A DNA stretch of 64,000 bases from Paramoeba atlantica. Taxonomy: Eukaryota; Protista; Discosea. Each line of letters opens with the position of its first letter. Position 1 is the stretch's first letter. Made by a program: the position numbers and the translations under genes. Under the pieces are notes generated by a model. It did no database searches. It was not told where the DNA came from and saw only the letters and a program-made list of their open reading frames with translations. This document shows positions 21,275-30,814 of the stretch, piece after piece. The DNA lies in assembly GCA_977017575.1 (NCBI GenBank), contig CDRNVI010000041.1:186001-250000 (forward strand). Reading direction: 5' to 3'.

Positions 21275-22108
21275 ATGTGTGAAATTTCGAGTCAGGAACT
21301 GACCTTAACTTCAGTTTACTATGATGTGCGAAAACCACCAAGACAGGTGCTCAAATTTCTGTTGATGTTCTTCTCGTCCATTCTTGTATTACAATTCACG
21401 TTTCTTCGTTCCATCAGATTCGATCGCGTAAATCATAGAAAATCTTATAGGAATCCTGAACAAGAAGAACATGATCAACACTCCTCCAATGCGCTCAATT
21501 TTAGTTCCACAGGTAGTGAAAAATTGAAGCTCGAAGGCTTCTACCTCAACGAAATTGTGATTGAACTTTTCTTGTTACTAAACACCCTTAGCGATAGTAT
21601 CTTTGATGAGTTGAAATCGTGGTACGACTTGTTTCAGAGAAAAAAGCACGTAACTTGTGGTGCGGGCATCTGGAATACCTGGCTCCACCGATTCCAAGTT
21701 CCGTCCTACATTCCGCTCCTACTGAACAATCTGATAATTGCCAGCATTACAGGGACTCTACTTTATACCTTCCTTTTCTACGTTGCATCGGAATCTCTTG
21801 CATTGTACGAAGACGTTGGACTGCAACTAGAAGGATATTCTTACTTCGGATTACAATGTTATCACCGTTTTATTCCTTGGGACCGTATACATGGAGTGTA
21901 CATCAACGAAAACTTTCATCGTTTTCAGGTAATTTATGTCCTTTGCATAGTATGGAGAGATTCCACGTCTCATATTCGAACAAGTGTCGCTTTCCAAGAA
22001 ACATTGCCTCGCATTGCACTCCTACAAAAGGTGTACAAAAGACTGCAATATTCGCTTTGTCATAGCGAAGAATGCTCTTATTCTGTCCCGTCGACGAAAG
22101 CTCCATAA
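21275..22108 (+). CDS. PIGH: GPI-GlcNAc transferase subunit PIG-H/GPI15
   Basis: ESLALYEDVGLQL..FIPWDRIHGVYINENF..VIYVLCIV..AFQETLPRIALLQKVY. Confidence 0.8.
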   Translation: MCEISSQELTLTSVYYDVRKPPRQVLKFLLMFFSSILVLQFTFLRSIRFDRVNHRKSYRNPEQEEHDQHSSNALNFSSTGSEKLKLEGFYLNEIVIELFLLLNTLSDSIFDELKSWYDLFQRKKHVTCGAGIWNTWLHRFQVPSYIPLLLNNLIIASITGTLLYTFLFYVASESLALYEDVGLQLEGYSYFGLQCYHRFIPWDRIHGVYINENFHRFQVIYVLCIVWRDSTSHIRTSVAFQETLPRIALLQKVYKRLQYSLCHSEECSYSVPSTKAP

Positions 22109-22263
22109 TTTCATTTCTGTGTATTGAGACTTCAAAAGACTTACTGTTTGGCCTGCTTTTTTTCATACTACATCGCAATGTTTGTGATTTAAGCCTCTGA
22201 GATACATGAGATTCTAGATATTCTTGATTGATTTATTTTTTTCGTAAGCCCTTTTGTACCACA

Positions 22264-22839
22264 ATGTTTCGCCCCTCCTCTACATTACTCATGACGATTT
22301 TCATGATCGTCGTGCTCCGTACCGTTGACATGACAAAGATCGAAACGCTTCACCGCATTTACCTTGTGTACGTCACTGTACACGGCCTACTGGCTCTCGC
22401 CCTGATTGATTTGTATTTCCGTATTCTCCGACGAGCCGATCACACGAAACTTTGCTACAAGGAACCAAAGTCATTGGGCTCCGGACTTCAACCACAGGAA
22501 GGGGACGGAAACACCGAAACGACACATATGAACTATGATCTCGCAAAATGGCGCGAGTTGGCCTTTTCTCGACTTTTTCTTGGTGTGCTTATTTTGTGCT
22601 TCGTGCACTACAAATGGGGCGTAGTGCCGCCGCTGCTGTATCAGTGCGTCCATCACCCCATGACGTTGTACAACAGTCCGATTTTCCAAATCCACACGTT
22701 GGGCAAACGTGCTTATGATAATCTACAGCGCCCTTTTGCTGAACCCAATGCGCTGCTTCGAATGACGCAAGGTGCAGAGGAAAATGCGAAGCCCTCTCGC
22801 GCAGAGCGACGAAGAGAAAAATCGGAGTCGACCGAATAA
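22264..22839 (+). CDS. PHO88: Pho88/SND2 family ER membrane protein
   Basis: YDL..FVHYKWGVVPPLLYQ..FQIHTLGKRAYDNLQRPF. Confidence 0.82.
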   Translation: MFRPSSTLLMTIFMIVVLRTVDMTKIETLHRIYLVYVTVHGLLALALIDLYFRILRRADHTKLCYKEPKSLGSGLQPQEGDGNTETTHMNYDLAKWRELAFSRLFLGVLILCFVHYKWGVVPPLLYQCVHHPMTLYNSPIFQIHTLGKRAYDNLQRPFAEPNALLRMTQGAEENAKPSRAERRREKSESTE

Positions 22840-23199
22840 AAAACGAGCGAATAAAGCCAGTGGCTCTAATTATTAAACCATCCGCTTTTTATACGAGTTT
22901 TACAGTATGTATGTTGAGATCCCTAATGCATGTTTTTTAATCTCTCTTTGTAACGCTAATCACATGCTTTTGCTTATTTAGCTTTCGCATTATTTCTTCT
23001 TCCCTTCTTTCTTTCCTTGATTTTTGCGTAGATGTTGTGCGGTGGGCTACGTATGGCAAACCACTTGTATCGTAAAAACGATTAGGCGCTTCTCTTTCAT
23101 ATACAGGATAAGTCCTCTTCAAAAGCAGTCACACTGCTTGGTTATTGTAAATGTTTCTTTGAGCATTCTCCATTAAATTTTTTAAACACGTACCGAACA

Positions 23200-23973
23200 A
23201 TGAATTGCCCACTTCTATTTTCATCGCAGCCTTCTCGAAATCGAGATTGTTCCTTGATTCACCTTCTCTTTGATTTAATACAGGCAGATGTCAAACTAGG
23301 TGACTGTGTAGCCCAACGATGTGCAGCAGAGTTTTTGCATCGACTGCGGGCGTTAGATACGTATGAAGACTTTCCTGTAGATTATCGGCGCATGTTCAGC
23401 GTGTACATCATTCTGACTGATGTTCGAAAGAACGTATCGGATATTACTGCTCTCCGAGACATGTGTCAACGTTTAAAAGAAATAGACATCGTGAATAAAT
23501 TGAAATTGCTATTAGATTCATATGAATCTTTATCGAATGCAACATCGAACTCATACAAAGAGTTGAATCTTTTGTCGCGTATGTTGGAAAAGTTTGAAAC
23601 GGGATCCGTAGATGAACAATGTGAAGTTGCTGAGTTGGAAGCTTTATCAAAGTATGCTCAAAACACGACATTGAACGTATGCTGCTTCGTCATAGAAACA
23701 CTCTCTAGGAATATGAGCAGTGAGACAAATACCTCAAATGATGTAGTCGGAAGATCGCACCATCCATCCATTTATTTTCACGTCACGTATGATGCGAAGT
23801 CCGAGCATCAACCACGTCGCAAAGATCAATGTGAGCTGTTCAACAATGCTACGAAAGCGATGCACGTTCAAAGGACCTACGCACTAAGACACCATTCAAT
23901 GTCAACCTCGTCTCACAATATCGAAGGTGGCAACAAGAGCGCGTACATCCTTCTAGAGGAGCAATACTCATAG
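23200..23973 (+). CDS. Hypothetical protein
   Basis: 257-codon ORF in cluster orientation, helical character; no family recognised. Confidence 0.5.
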   Translation: MNCPLLFSSQPSRNRDCSLIHLLFDLIQADVKLGDCVAQRCAAEFLHRLRALDTYEDFPVDYRRMFSVYIILTDVRKNVSDITALRDMCQRLKEIDIVNKLKLLLDSYESLSNATSNSYKELNLLSRMLEKFETGSVDEQCEVAELEALSKYAQNTTLNVCCFVIETLSRNMSSETNTSNDVVGRSHHPSIYFHVTYDAKSEHQPRRKDQCELFNNATKAMHVQRTYALRHHSMSTSSHNIEGGNKSAYILLEEQYS

Positions 23974-24218
23974 GCATGGGTTGCACGTGACTAGAGTATG
24001 CTGGGTATCTTTTTTTCTGATTTATTTGATTTCTACACTTGAGGGTGAAGCCTTAAAGATTTTAATGCACGGTGCGAATTGTTCTGTTTTGGCTACACTA
24101 AATAACAACGCTAATTCATTTCTTCTGCTTGGAAAATCTTTATCTACCTGTCGTATTTTCACGAGAAATCAATGTCATTTTTATAGCACAGACTGTTCAC
24201 ATCGTGATTGGAAAGTGA

Positions 24219-26243
24219 ATGGGACGTCTTGCGCTATATTCCGATGTGAGTGGTGTACATTGGATAGATTTTTCTGAGGAAGAGTTGCCATCTGAGGAAT
24301 TCAATCGTAATTCGAAGCATACTGTACGTCTTCCAGATGCCCTCAAAGCAAAACGAAAACCTGTCCAACCGACGGAGGACATCTGCTTGCCGCCAGACTT
24401 GTTAGCACTGAAGTGGCGCCCTTCACAGTATACCGAACTCCTCAGCGATGAAACCTGCAACCTGCAAGTTATGGCCTACTTTCAATCATACGCTGAACTA
24501 TTCCAAAAGCAATCGACAGCCACACGGCACGAGGAGGATGCGGACGTTCCTTATCGCGCATTGTTACTCACCGGACCCCCTGGAGTGGGTAAGAGTACTG
24601 TGTGTAACGTCATAGCCTCCCACTGGGGATTCCACACAATAGAGATCAACGCGAGTAGGGAGCGTAGTGAGGGGGCCCTCGCAAAGACGCTTCAAACCGT
24701 CCTGCAGGCCGCAAAGAATCAGTCCATTGCGGAGGGTGAAGGGAAAAACTTTCTTCTCATTGAGGAGGTAGATGGGATTTCTCCCAGTGGACTCAGCGCG
24801 TTGACGAATCATGGGCTAAAGTCCAACGTGCCGGTCCCGATTATATGCATTGCAAATGACTTGTACACACCCACGTTGCGCACATTGAGGCAACAGAGCG
24901 TGGTTGGGGTCATACAGTTTCCCGCTGTCCAGGAGTCACGTATGGCCTCTCGATTTCTTCGCATCATCACTAGTGAGGGGCTATATCCCTCTCTCGGGCC
25001 TACAGAGAAGTCCATGTTAGTAAAACGCATTGCGGCGACCTCCGAAGGGGATATGCGAAAAGGTCTCAATCTTCTTCAGTTTGCTTTTCTTCCCGCAGAA
25101 ACGGATGAAGTCGAAGGCTCAGCTCTCACAAGCACACCATTTCATCTCTGGAAACGTGTATTCCGAAGAGGGTCGTTGGAGGATGAGGCCACCAAAAAGC
25201 TGGTGCATGTGCGTGAACTGGCTGCTAAACTTCGGAATTTTGAAGACCTTGCTTTAGCCTCCGCAGGGGTGTATGAGAACTATCTGAGTTATTTGGGCAC
25301 TGGGGACTACACATATGACCGCGGATTACACACATGTAGGGCAGCGGAATGGTGGACAACCAGCGATCGCAGAAAACAAACAGTTGCTGACACGGATATG
25401 GTATGTGCGGCTGTAGCCGCCACTCATATTTCTTGCCAGGGCCATCGAACCGCCACACCCTCCTTGCATTGGCCTCGCTGCGCGAGCGCATGCACCTCAC
25501 TTAGCGGAATACGACAAGGCGAGCTAACCGAGCTCTCTCAGTTATACACCGTGAACAGAGGCGTGTTTATGAGCCCGTGGGATGTATTACTGGAGTACGT
25601 ACCGTGTGTGCATTCCCTCTGTACGGCCTTACGAGAGAAAATGCCCTCTGCGAGATCGGTTTCTCATTTGGACATGCTATCCGCGGAAAGGATCGCATAC
25701 GTTTCATATGTCGCGGAAGTGTTGCGGTGCTACGCCCCGTCCCTACTCACTTCTGGGATACATGCAGCGTCTACCGCGCGTCTGTCCGCGAAGAACCGAT
25801 TCGCCAATCAGAAAGTGGAGGTAGAATCAGATGCTGCGAATTCCGTGCATCTACTTGGCTCCTCTCTTCTTCCTGTGCATGTGCAGGGTTTTCTGTGCGA
25901 AGCCTATGCTAGGCAAGGAAACCGAGACCAAAAGCATAAGGCCGGTTCCGGTACTTCGGCAGAAATTTCATCCGCATCTGGCCAAAGGAAATCGATGGGT
26001 AACTCAGTAAGTAAGACACGTGAGGCACAGAGCGATAAGATCGTAGAGCCACCGAAAAAGGTACAAAAGCGAAGGGATCCTTTTCATAAGTTTAGGAAGG
26101 TCACTGTTGAATCATCAGACGGAAATAGCATCTCCGACTCGAAAAATACAAGCATAGTTACGGTACATAAGGTTCGGTACAAGCCTAGCGTCGCTACGAC
26201 TTCATCGGTGCGAAGAGATGCCTTTATTGAAGATTTTCTGTAA
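24219..26243 (+). CDS. CTF18: CTF18 (alternative RFC large subunit, AAA+)
   Basis: KWRPSQYTELLSDETCN, GPPGVGKS, IEINASRER, LIEEVDG and PIICIANDLYTPTLRTLR. Confidence 0.85.
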   Translation: MGRLALYSDVSGVHWIDFSEEELPSEEFNRNSKHTVRLPDALKAKRKPVQPTEDICLPPDLLALKWRPSQYTELLSDETCNLQVMAYFQSYAELFQKQSTATRHEEDADVPYRALLLTGPPGVGKSTVCNVIASHWGFHTIEINASRERSEGALAKTLQTVLQAAKNQSIAEGEGKNFLLIEEVDGISPSGLSALTNHGLKSNVPVPIICIANDLYTPTLRTLRQQSVVGVIQFPAVQESRMASRFLRIITSEGLYPSLGPTEKSMLVKRIAATSEGDMRKGLNLLQFAFLPAETDEVEGSALTSTPFHLWKRVFRRGSLEDEATKKLVHVRELAAKLRNFEDLALASAGVYENYLSYLGTGDYTYDRGLHTCRAAEWWTTSDRRKQTVADTDMVCAAVAATHISCQGHRTATPSLHWPRCASACTSLSGIRQGELTELSQLYTVNRGVFMSPWDVLLEYVPCVHSLCTALREKMPSARSVSHLDMLSAERIAYVSYVAEVLRCYAPSLLTSGIHAASTARLSAKNRFANQKVEVESDAANSVHLLGSSLLPVHVQGFLCEAYARQGNRDQKHKAGSGTSAEISSASGQRKSMGNSVSKTREAQSDKIVEPPKKVQKRRDPFHKFRKVTVESSDGNSISDSKNTSIVTVHKVRYKPSVATTSSVRRDAFIEDFL

Positions 26244-26550
26244 ATGGTGCCATCATTTCTGTATTTCGCATGCCCTGTTGCAGAATTTTTTACACGCCTA
26301 CGGTTTTTCTATCATATAAAATTGGCATTGTCAACAGACGAGTGGCAATAATATTTTACTTCAAACTAACATCTCTGATTCATATTTTTTTGCATAGGGG
26401 AGACCTGAAAACACAACGGCTGTGTATTGAACCAATCATTTCCTTTCTCTAAGCAGTGAATGATTAGTAAATGATCAAATTGTTCCCTACAGTGGTGAAT
26501 TAGAAGGTAAGAAATATTGATGTATGGCTAGTCACTCGGGCCTATGAATA

Positions 26551-27279
26551 ATGTCCACCGCTGAGAAACTTGTGAGAAATATGGAAAAGCAAACTGACGA
26601 GGAAGCACCCCTTAACTCCACTCGATACATCTCCCTACTGATTCGAATACATAGCACAGCCCATGTAAAAAAGGATACCGGGGTTGAGTCGCATCGTCTC
26701 TATGACTGGAAAGTGCAACTCACACCCTTGGAAGGATACGAAGAACTTCTCTCCTCAATTCTTGAGCGAGTTGTTTTTGAACTCCATCCAACTTTTGACA
26801 CTCCTCTGCGGTCGGTATCCTCTCCTGGGCCCTACGTGATTACTGAGGAGGGCTGGGGGCAGTTCGACATGGGTGTGTGTCTGTACTTAACCCATGGAGA
26901 GGTATACCGCACTACCCATGCGCTGCGCCTCACTCCTCACACCCCTCCTCCCCTTACTCTCTCTAAACATGCAAACTCCCCGGTGGGGTCCAAGCGTGTG
27001 AAGCCCACAGAGCCGAGTGCAGCTCCTCCAATGAGTTCCAGTCCCGTGGAATCCGACACGATTGAGGAACTCTTCATTCCTACTCGTATGGTGAAGGAAG
27101 AGGTTCTCTTGCGTTTACCTCCGAGACAGGTGTTCGAGGAGGAACAAGCCCAGTTGGATATTTTAGAAGAATATCACAAGGCCATTGCACGTGATACGCA
27201 AAGTCTGCGTCAAAAGATCCACGAGAGTTGTCAAAAAATGGTTACAAGGGGGATGAAAATTGAACCTGCGTATGAATGA
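26551..27279 (+). CDS. YEATS-domain protein (Yaf9-like)
   Basis: YDWKV..VVFELHPTF..GPYVITEEGWGQF, with a C-terminal coiled coil. Confidence 0.88.
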   Translation: MSTAEKLVRNMEKQTDEEAPLNSTRYISLLIRIHSTAHVKKDTGVESHRLYDWKVQLTPLEGYEELLSSILERVVFELHPTFDTPLRSVSSPGPYVITEEGWGQFDMGVCLYLTHGEVYRTTHALRLTPHTPPPLTLSKHANSPVGSKRVKPTEPSAAPPMSSSPVESDTIEELFIPTRMVKEEVLLRLPPRQVFEEEQAQLDILEEYHKAIARDTQSLRQKIHESCQKMVTRGMKIEPAYE

Positions 27280-27430
27280 ATAGAATAGAAATAGGTTTCT
27301 CCACATGACAAGTCATTTTATGTATGATGGGTCCTACTATTGATTTTCACGTCAATATTCTTACTGTACGCTCACTGTTTTATTTCTCATAGCATTGTTC
27401 AGTATCAACCTTATCACATACACTGACTGG

Positions 27431-28336
27431 ATGATTCCTCAAAAGTCGTCTCTACGAATTTCAGCCGAACTAGTTGATGAAAAACGTGTGTGTTCTATTA
27501 TTGGCGATGTGCGCGAAACGCTCACTACTAAATCCGCAAGTTTCACTGTTGAGGAATTAGAAATCCTTTTATCTACGAAAGAAATTTATCCTGACACAAA
27601 AGAGCCCTTGGAAATTTTATTCCGCTCACTGAGAGCTCAATTTGCGAAGTTCTTAAATCAAAATTGCGATTGCCGCCAAATAGTGAAAGAACTTGACAGA
27701 TATTGTGAACGCGTGTTGCGACTGTGGGGTTCCTCTCGTACTCGAATTCTGCGTATTTCAAAACCCTTCCTAGAAAAATGCAAAGGTGTTCTTGTCCACG
27801 GTCATAGTGAAACGCTCTGCGAGGCTGTGTGCGATGCTACGCACAACTCCAATTTTAAGGTATATTTCACCCAGTGTACTCCGTTAAACCTTGGTGGACT
27901 TTCGGGCAAGTATTTGGGTACAAGGAACAGTTCTACCCGTCAAACGCAGTGTCACGTTATACACGACGTATCCGTTTGGTCCTTTCTTTCGGAAGTACAG
28001 TGTGTGGTATTAGCAGCAAATGCTGTAACACCGCAAGGGGGGTGCATGTGTTCTACAGGAGCCTCGCAAGTTGCAACATTAGCAGCTTGCGCAAAAGTGG
28101 ACGTCTATGTCATAGCAGAAACATTCCGCTTTACGGAGCTATCTCCCATAAGTCTTCACGATGAGCAGATCTATTCTTCCTCATGCGGAGATCACACCGT
28201 CTCGAGGCCACTTGAATATGTAGACCCCAGCAATATTACTCTATATTTTACAGATGTGGGTGTATTCCAGCCCTCTAGTATGGCCGATGAAGTTCGGAAC
28301 GCTTTCTGTGGAAAATTTCATCCCACAAATGATTAG
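27431..28336 (+). CDS. EIF2B1: Translation initiation factor eIF2B alpha subunit
   Basis: VLVHGHSE, ANAVTPQGG..STGASQVA, YVIAETFRF and ITLYFTDVGVFQPSSMADEV. Confidence 0.8.
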   Translation: MIPQKSSLRISAELVDEKRVCSIIGDVRETLTTKSASFTVEELEILLSTKEIYPDTKEPLEILFRSLRAQFAKFLNQNCDCRQIVKELDRYCERVLRLWGSSRTRILRISKPFLEKCKGVLVHGHSETLCEAVCDATHNSNFKVYFTQCTPLNLGGLSGKYLGTRNSSTRQTQCHVIHDVSVWSFLSEVQCVVLAANAVTPQGGCMCSTGASQVATLAACAKVDVYVIAETFRFTELSPISLHDEQIYSSSCGDHTVSRPLEYVDPSNITLYFTDVGVFQPSSMADEVRNAFCGKFHPTND

Positions 28337-28519
28337 AATAAGGTGGGGCGAGATAGTGCCTTGTTGATGCACAGAAAATCTATCCTACGTTGCAATACCC
28401 TTTTGAAGCGAGAACCAGGCACCTCGGCTTTAAGCTGTGTAACGCGCTACTTCCAAAAAGGATATTGTAGGAAACACTAAATTTATTTGAACTACGAATC
28501 TACTCAGGGGGGCGAAATT

Positions 28520-28571
28520 TAAACTTTCACGATGTCCTCTGTAGCCTGGGGGGACTAATTTCTGGACTGTA
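28520..28571 (-). mobile_element. Solo Tc1-like TIR, family B
   Basis: Reverse complement TACAGTCCAGAAATTAGTCCCCCCAGGCT matches 3553-3590. Confidence 0.5.
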
Positions 28572-28987
28572 CACCCCCTTTCATTAATAATGATAATTGA
28601 AAAAAGATTTTTACCTCGGACTGAAAATTACTCAAAAATTATCAAAAAGGTTTCATTCTATCGTAACTCCCCTTTAATCTTGTCTTGTTTTTTTCCCTTC
28701 GTAGACAAAGTATCATACTACACACATGTATGTTTATTTCGGATCTCCCCTTATTGCCTTCATAAATAATGATAATAATAATGATAATGATAATCTCAGA
28801 AAATTTATTATTATCATTATCATTATTTATGAGAGGGGGTGTAATCTGCTTTCAACTTGCCTTTTTTCCAGTTTTTAGTGTGTTCTCCAGGAATTTACAT
28901 GCCGAATTGCACGTTAAGAATATTATTTTATTATGGATCTGCGATGCCACCTATACAATTTTACTGATTTGACTTTTTTGTAATATT

Positions 28988-29368
28988 ATGGTGCGCCTCT
29001 CTTCTCTTCAGGATTTCGTCAACGCCTCTGCAGATTTGTATCAAGAGAATCCCAGCCGTACTCGTTACTCCCTAAAAATTCGCGCAGCACCTCCAAAAAG
29101 TGGAATCGTTTGGAAAGCCACTGATGGAAAGTACACTTTAAACTGGGCCTCCGGCTCAAACGATGTGACAGCAGATTGCTTGGACCCTTTAATACAGTTT
29201 TCTAAAATTATGAGCGAAAATGGAGAATTCGATGAAACAAACGATTACGACGTCAATGTCATCATTAATTCAGAACCACCACAGGAATTTATGGCAGAAA
29301 TCTCAGCCAAAAGAAAGAAAAGGCGACGCACGAGTAATAAGAGAAAGAAGGAGAAATTATATGAATAA
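28988..29368 (+). CDS. SRP9: SRP9/SRP21-like Alu-domain protein
   Basis: MVRLSSLQDFVNASADLYQENPSRTRYSLKIR..IVWKATDGKYTL aligns by eye with plant SRP9 (MVY..SW.EFV..S..L...DP..TRY.MKYR...KLVLKVTD). Lys/Arg-rich tail as in fungal Srp21. Confidence 0.78.
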   Translation: MVRLSSLQDFVNASADLYQENPSRTRYSLKIRAAPPKSGIVWKATDGKYTLNWASGSNDVTADCLDPLIQFSKIMSENGEFDETNDYDVNVIINSEPPQEFMAEISAKRKKRRRTSNKRKKEKLYE

Positions 29369-29609
29369 TGAGATTGGGGATCTGACAACTGCAAAATAAC
29401 GAGTACAAAAAAAAAGTACATTTTTGTTTTTCACGAATTGGAATACTAACCCTGTGAAGTACTAATGATGCGCTTTACTTTGGTTTGTATTTCGCTATCA
29501 TACAGTAATATCGCTAGTGTAAAAAAATGGGTGTTTTGCTTTCATTCATTTTAACACCAAATATCGCTGAATTAAGTGCTAGATTGTTTCCTATACCGAG
29601 TTTCCACTC

Positions 29610-30374
29610 ATGTCAGAACAAAGCCCCGAAGTTAATGCTCCACACATTATAGTGATTGGTCCGCCAGGAGGCGGAAAAGGGACCTTGTGCGATACGTTAG
29701 CCCAACGTTATGTACATCTCTCCACTGGAGACTTGTTGCGAGCTGAAATCAGCAAAGGAACTGAATTAGGCAAACAAGTGGAGTCAAAAATGCGACAGGG
29801 ATCGCTAGTCCCGGACGATGTCGTAACCTCTCTGATACATCAGCGTGTTTCACAACCGGATTGCCAATCTCGCGGCTTTATCCTTGATGGGATTCCTCGA
29901 ACTCCGAATCAAGTCAAAGGACTGCAACTCTCGGTGGACATTGTCATTGTGTTACATGTCCCCGCGGAATGCTTGGTGAGTCGTTTAACAAACCGCCGGC
30001 TGGATCCGGTAACGGGTAAGATCTACAACTTAAAGACTAACATGCCATCGGAGAAAAAGATACAGGAACGGTTGCGACAGCGCCCGGATGATTTTCCGGA
30101 GACCATTCGCCGTCGTCTTGCCTCCTATGAGAGGAATCTACGCGAAATTATACACGAACTACGACGCGGGACCTCTCGGTTTGGAGGTCCCGATCTCACG
30201 CTGGATCACACTCCGTATCGATGTGCACCACATTTCATTCACCTTGACGGCACACACGCCCCAGATGTAGTCGCCAATCATTGCCAGCAGCAGCTAGAAT
30301 ATTTCTCATCGATTATGGCATTTTCTCCCTCCCAAATAGGTAACCAGAAGGAACCGATTAATAGTAAACTATAA
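29610..30374 (+). CDS. ADK: Adenylate kinase
   Basis: GPPGGGKGT, HLSTGDLLR, GFILDGIPRT, RRLDPVTGKIYN and QRPDD. Confidence 0.93.
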   Translation: MSEQSPEVNAPHIIVIGPPGGGKGTLCDTLAQRYVHLSTGDLLRAEISKGTELGKQVESKMRQGSLVPDDVVTSLIHQRVSQPDCQSRGFILDGIPRTPNQVKGLQLSVDIVIVLHVPAECLVSRLTNRRLDPVTGKIYNLKTNMPSEKKIQERLRQRPDDFPETIRRRLASYERNLREIIHELRRGTSRFGGPDLTLDHTPYRCAPHFIHLDGTHAPDVVANHCQQQLEYFSSIMAFSPSQIGNQKEPINSKL

Positions 30375-30814
30375 GTCACGCAAAAATATTAATTTTGGAT
30401 TTTTTTTGGAAATTCTTATGGGGAAGTAGGTAACTTAGTAGTTTATCATTTCTCTTCTACGACGTCAGTCGAGGAGGAAAAACACATTATACGCACACCG
30501 AATTTCATTTTTCTGTGATCATACAGGGTATATTTTTCTTTCTTTCCAAGCAAAAGGAAATGGGCTATGTACGCTGGGCATCGCACAATGATTCAACGTA
30601 GATTTTCTAAAATAAAGTAACCCGTTTTTAACCAATATCTACATTGATATAAAGGTCATAACCAAGATGTACGTGTATGATTTATCAACTACGTTACGCA
30701 TGCTAAGCTAATCCATTTTATTACAGATACTACCGTAGCGCGTAAAACCACTGAAAAAAAATATCTTTATAAGTTCAAAGCTTCTTTTGATCGTTACTCT
30801 GATTGATCCACGAT

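Noticed and set aside
28762-28830. AT-rich inverted repeat
   Set aside because: Made of (ATA/ATG)n microsatellite and its complement; low complexity.
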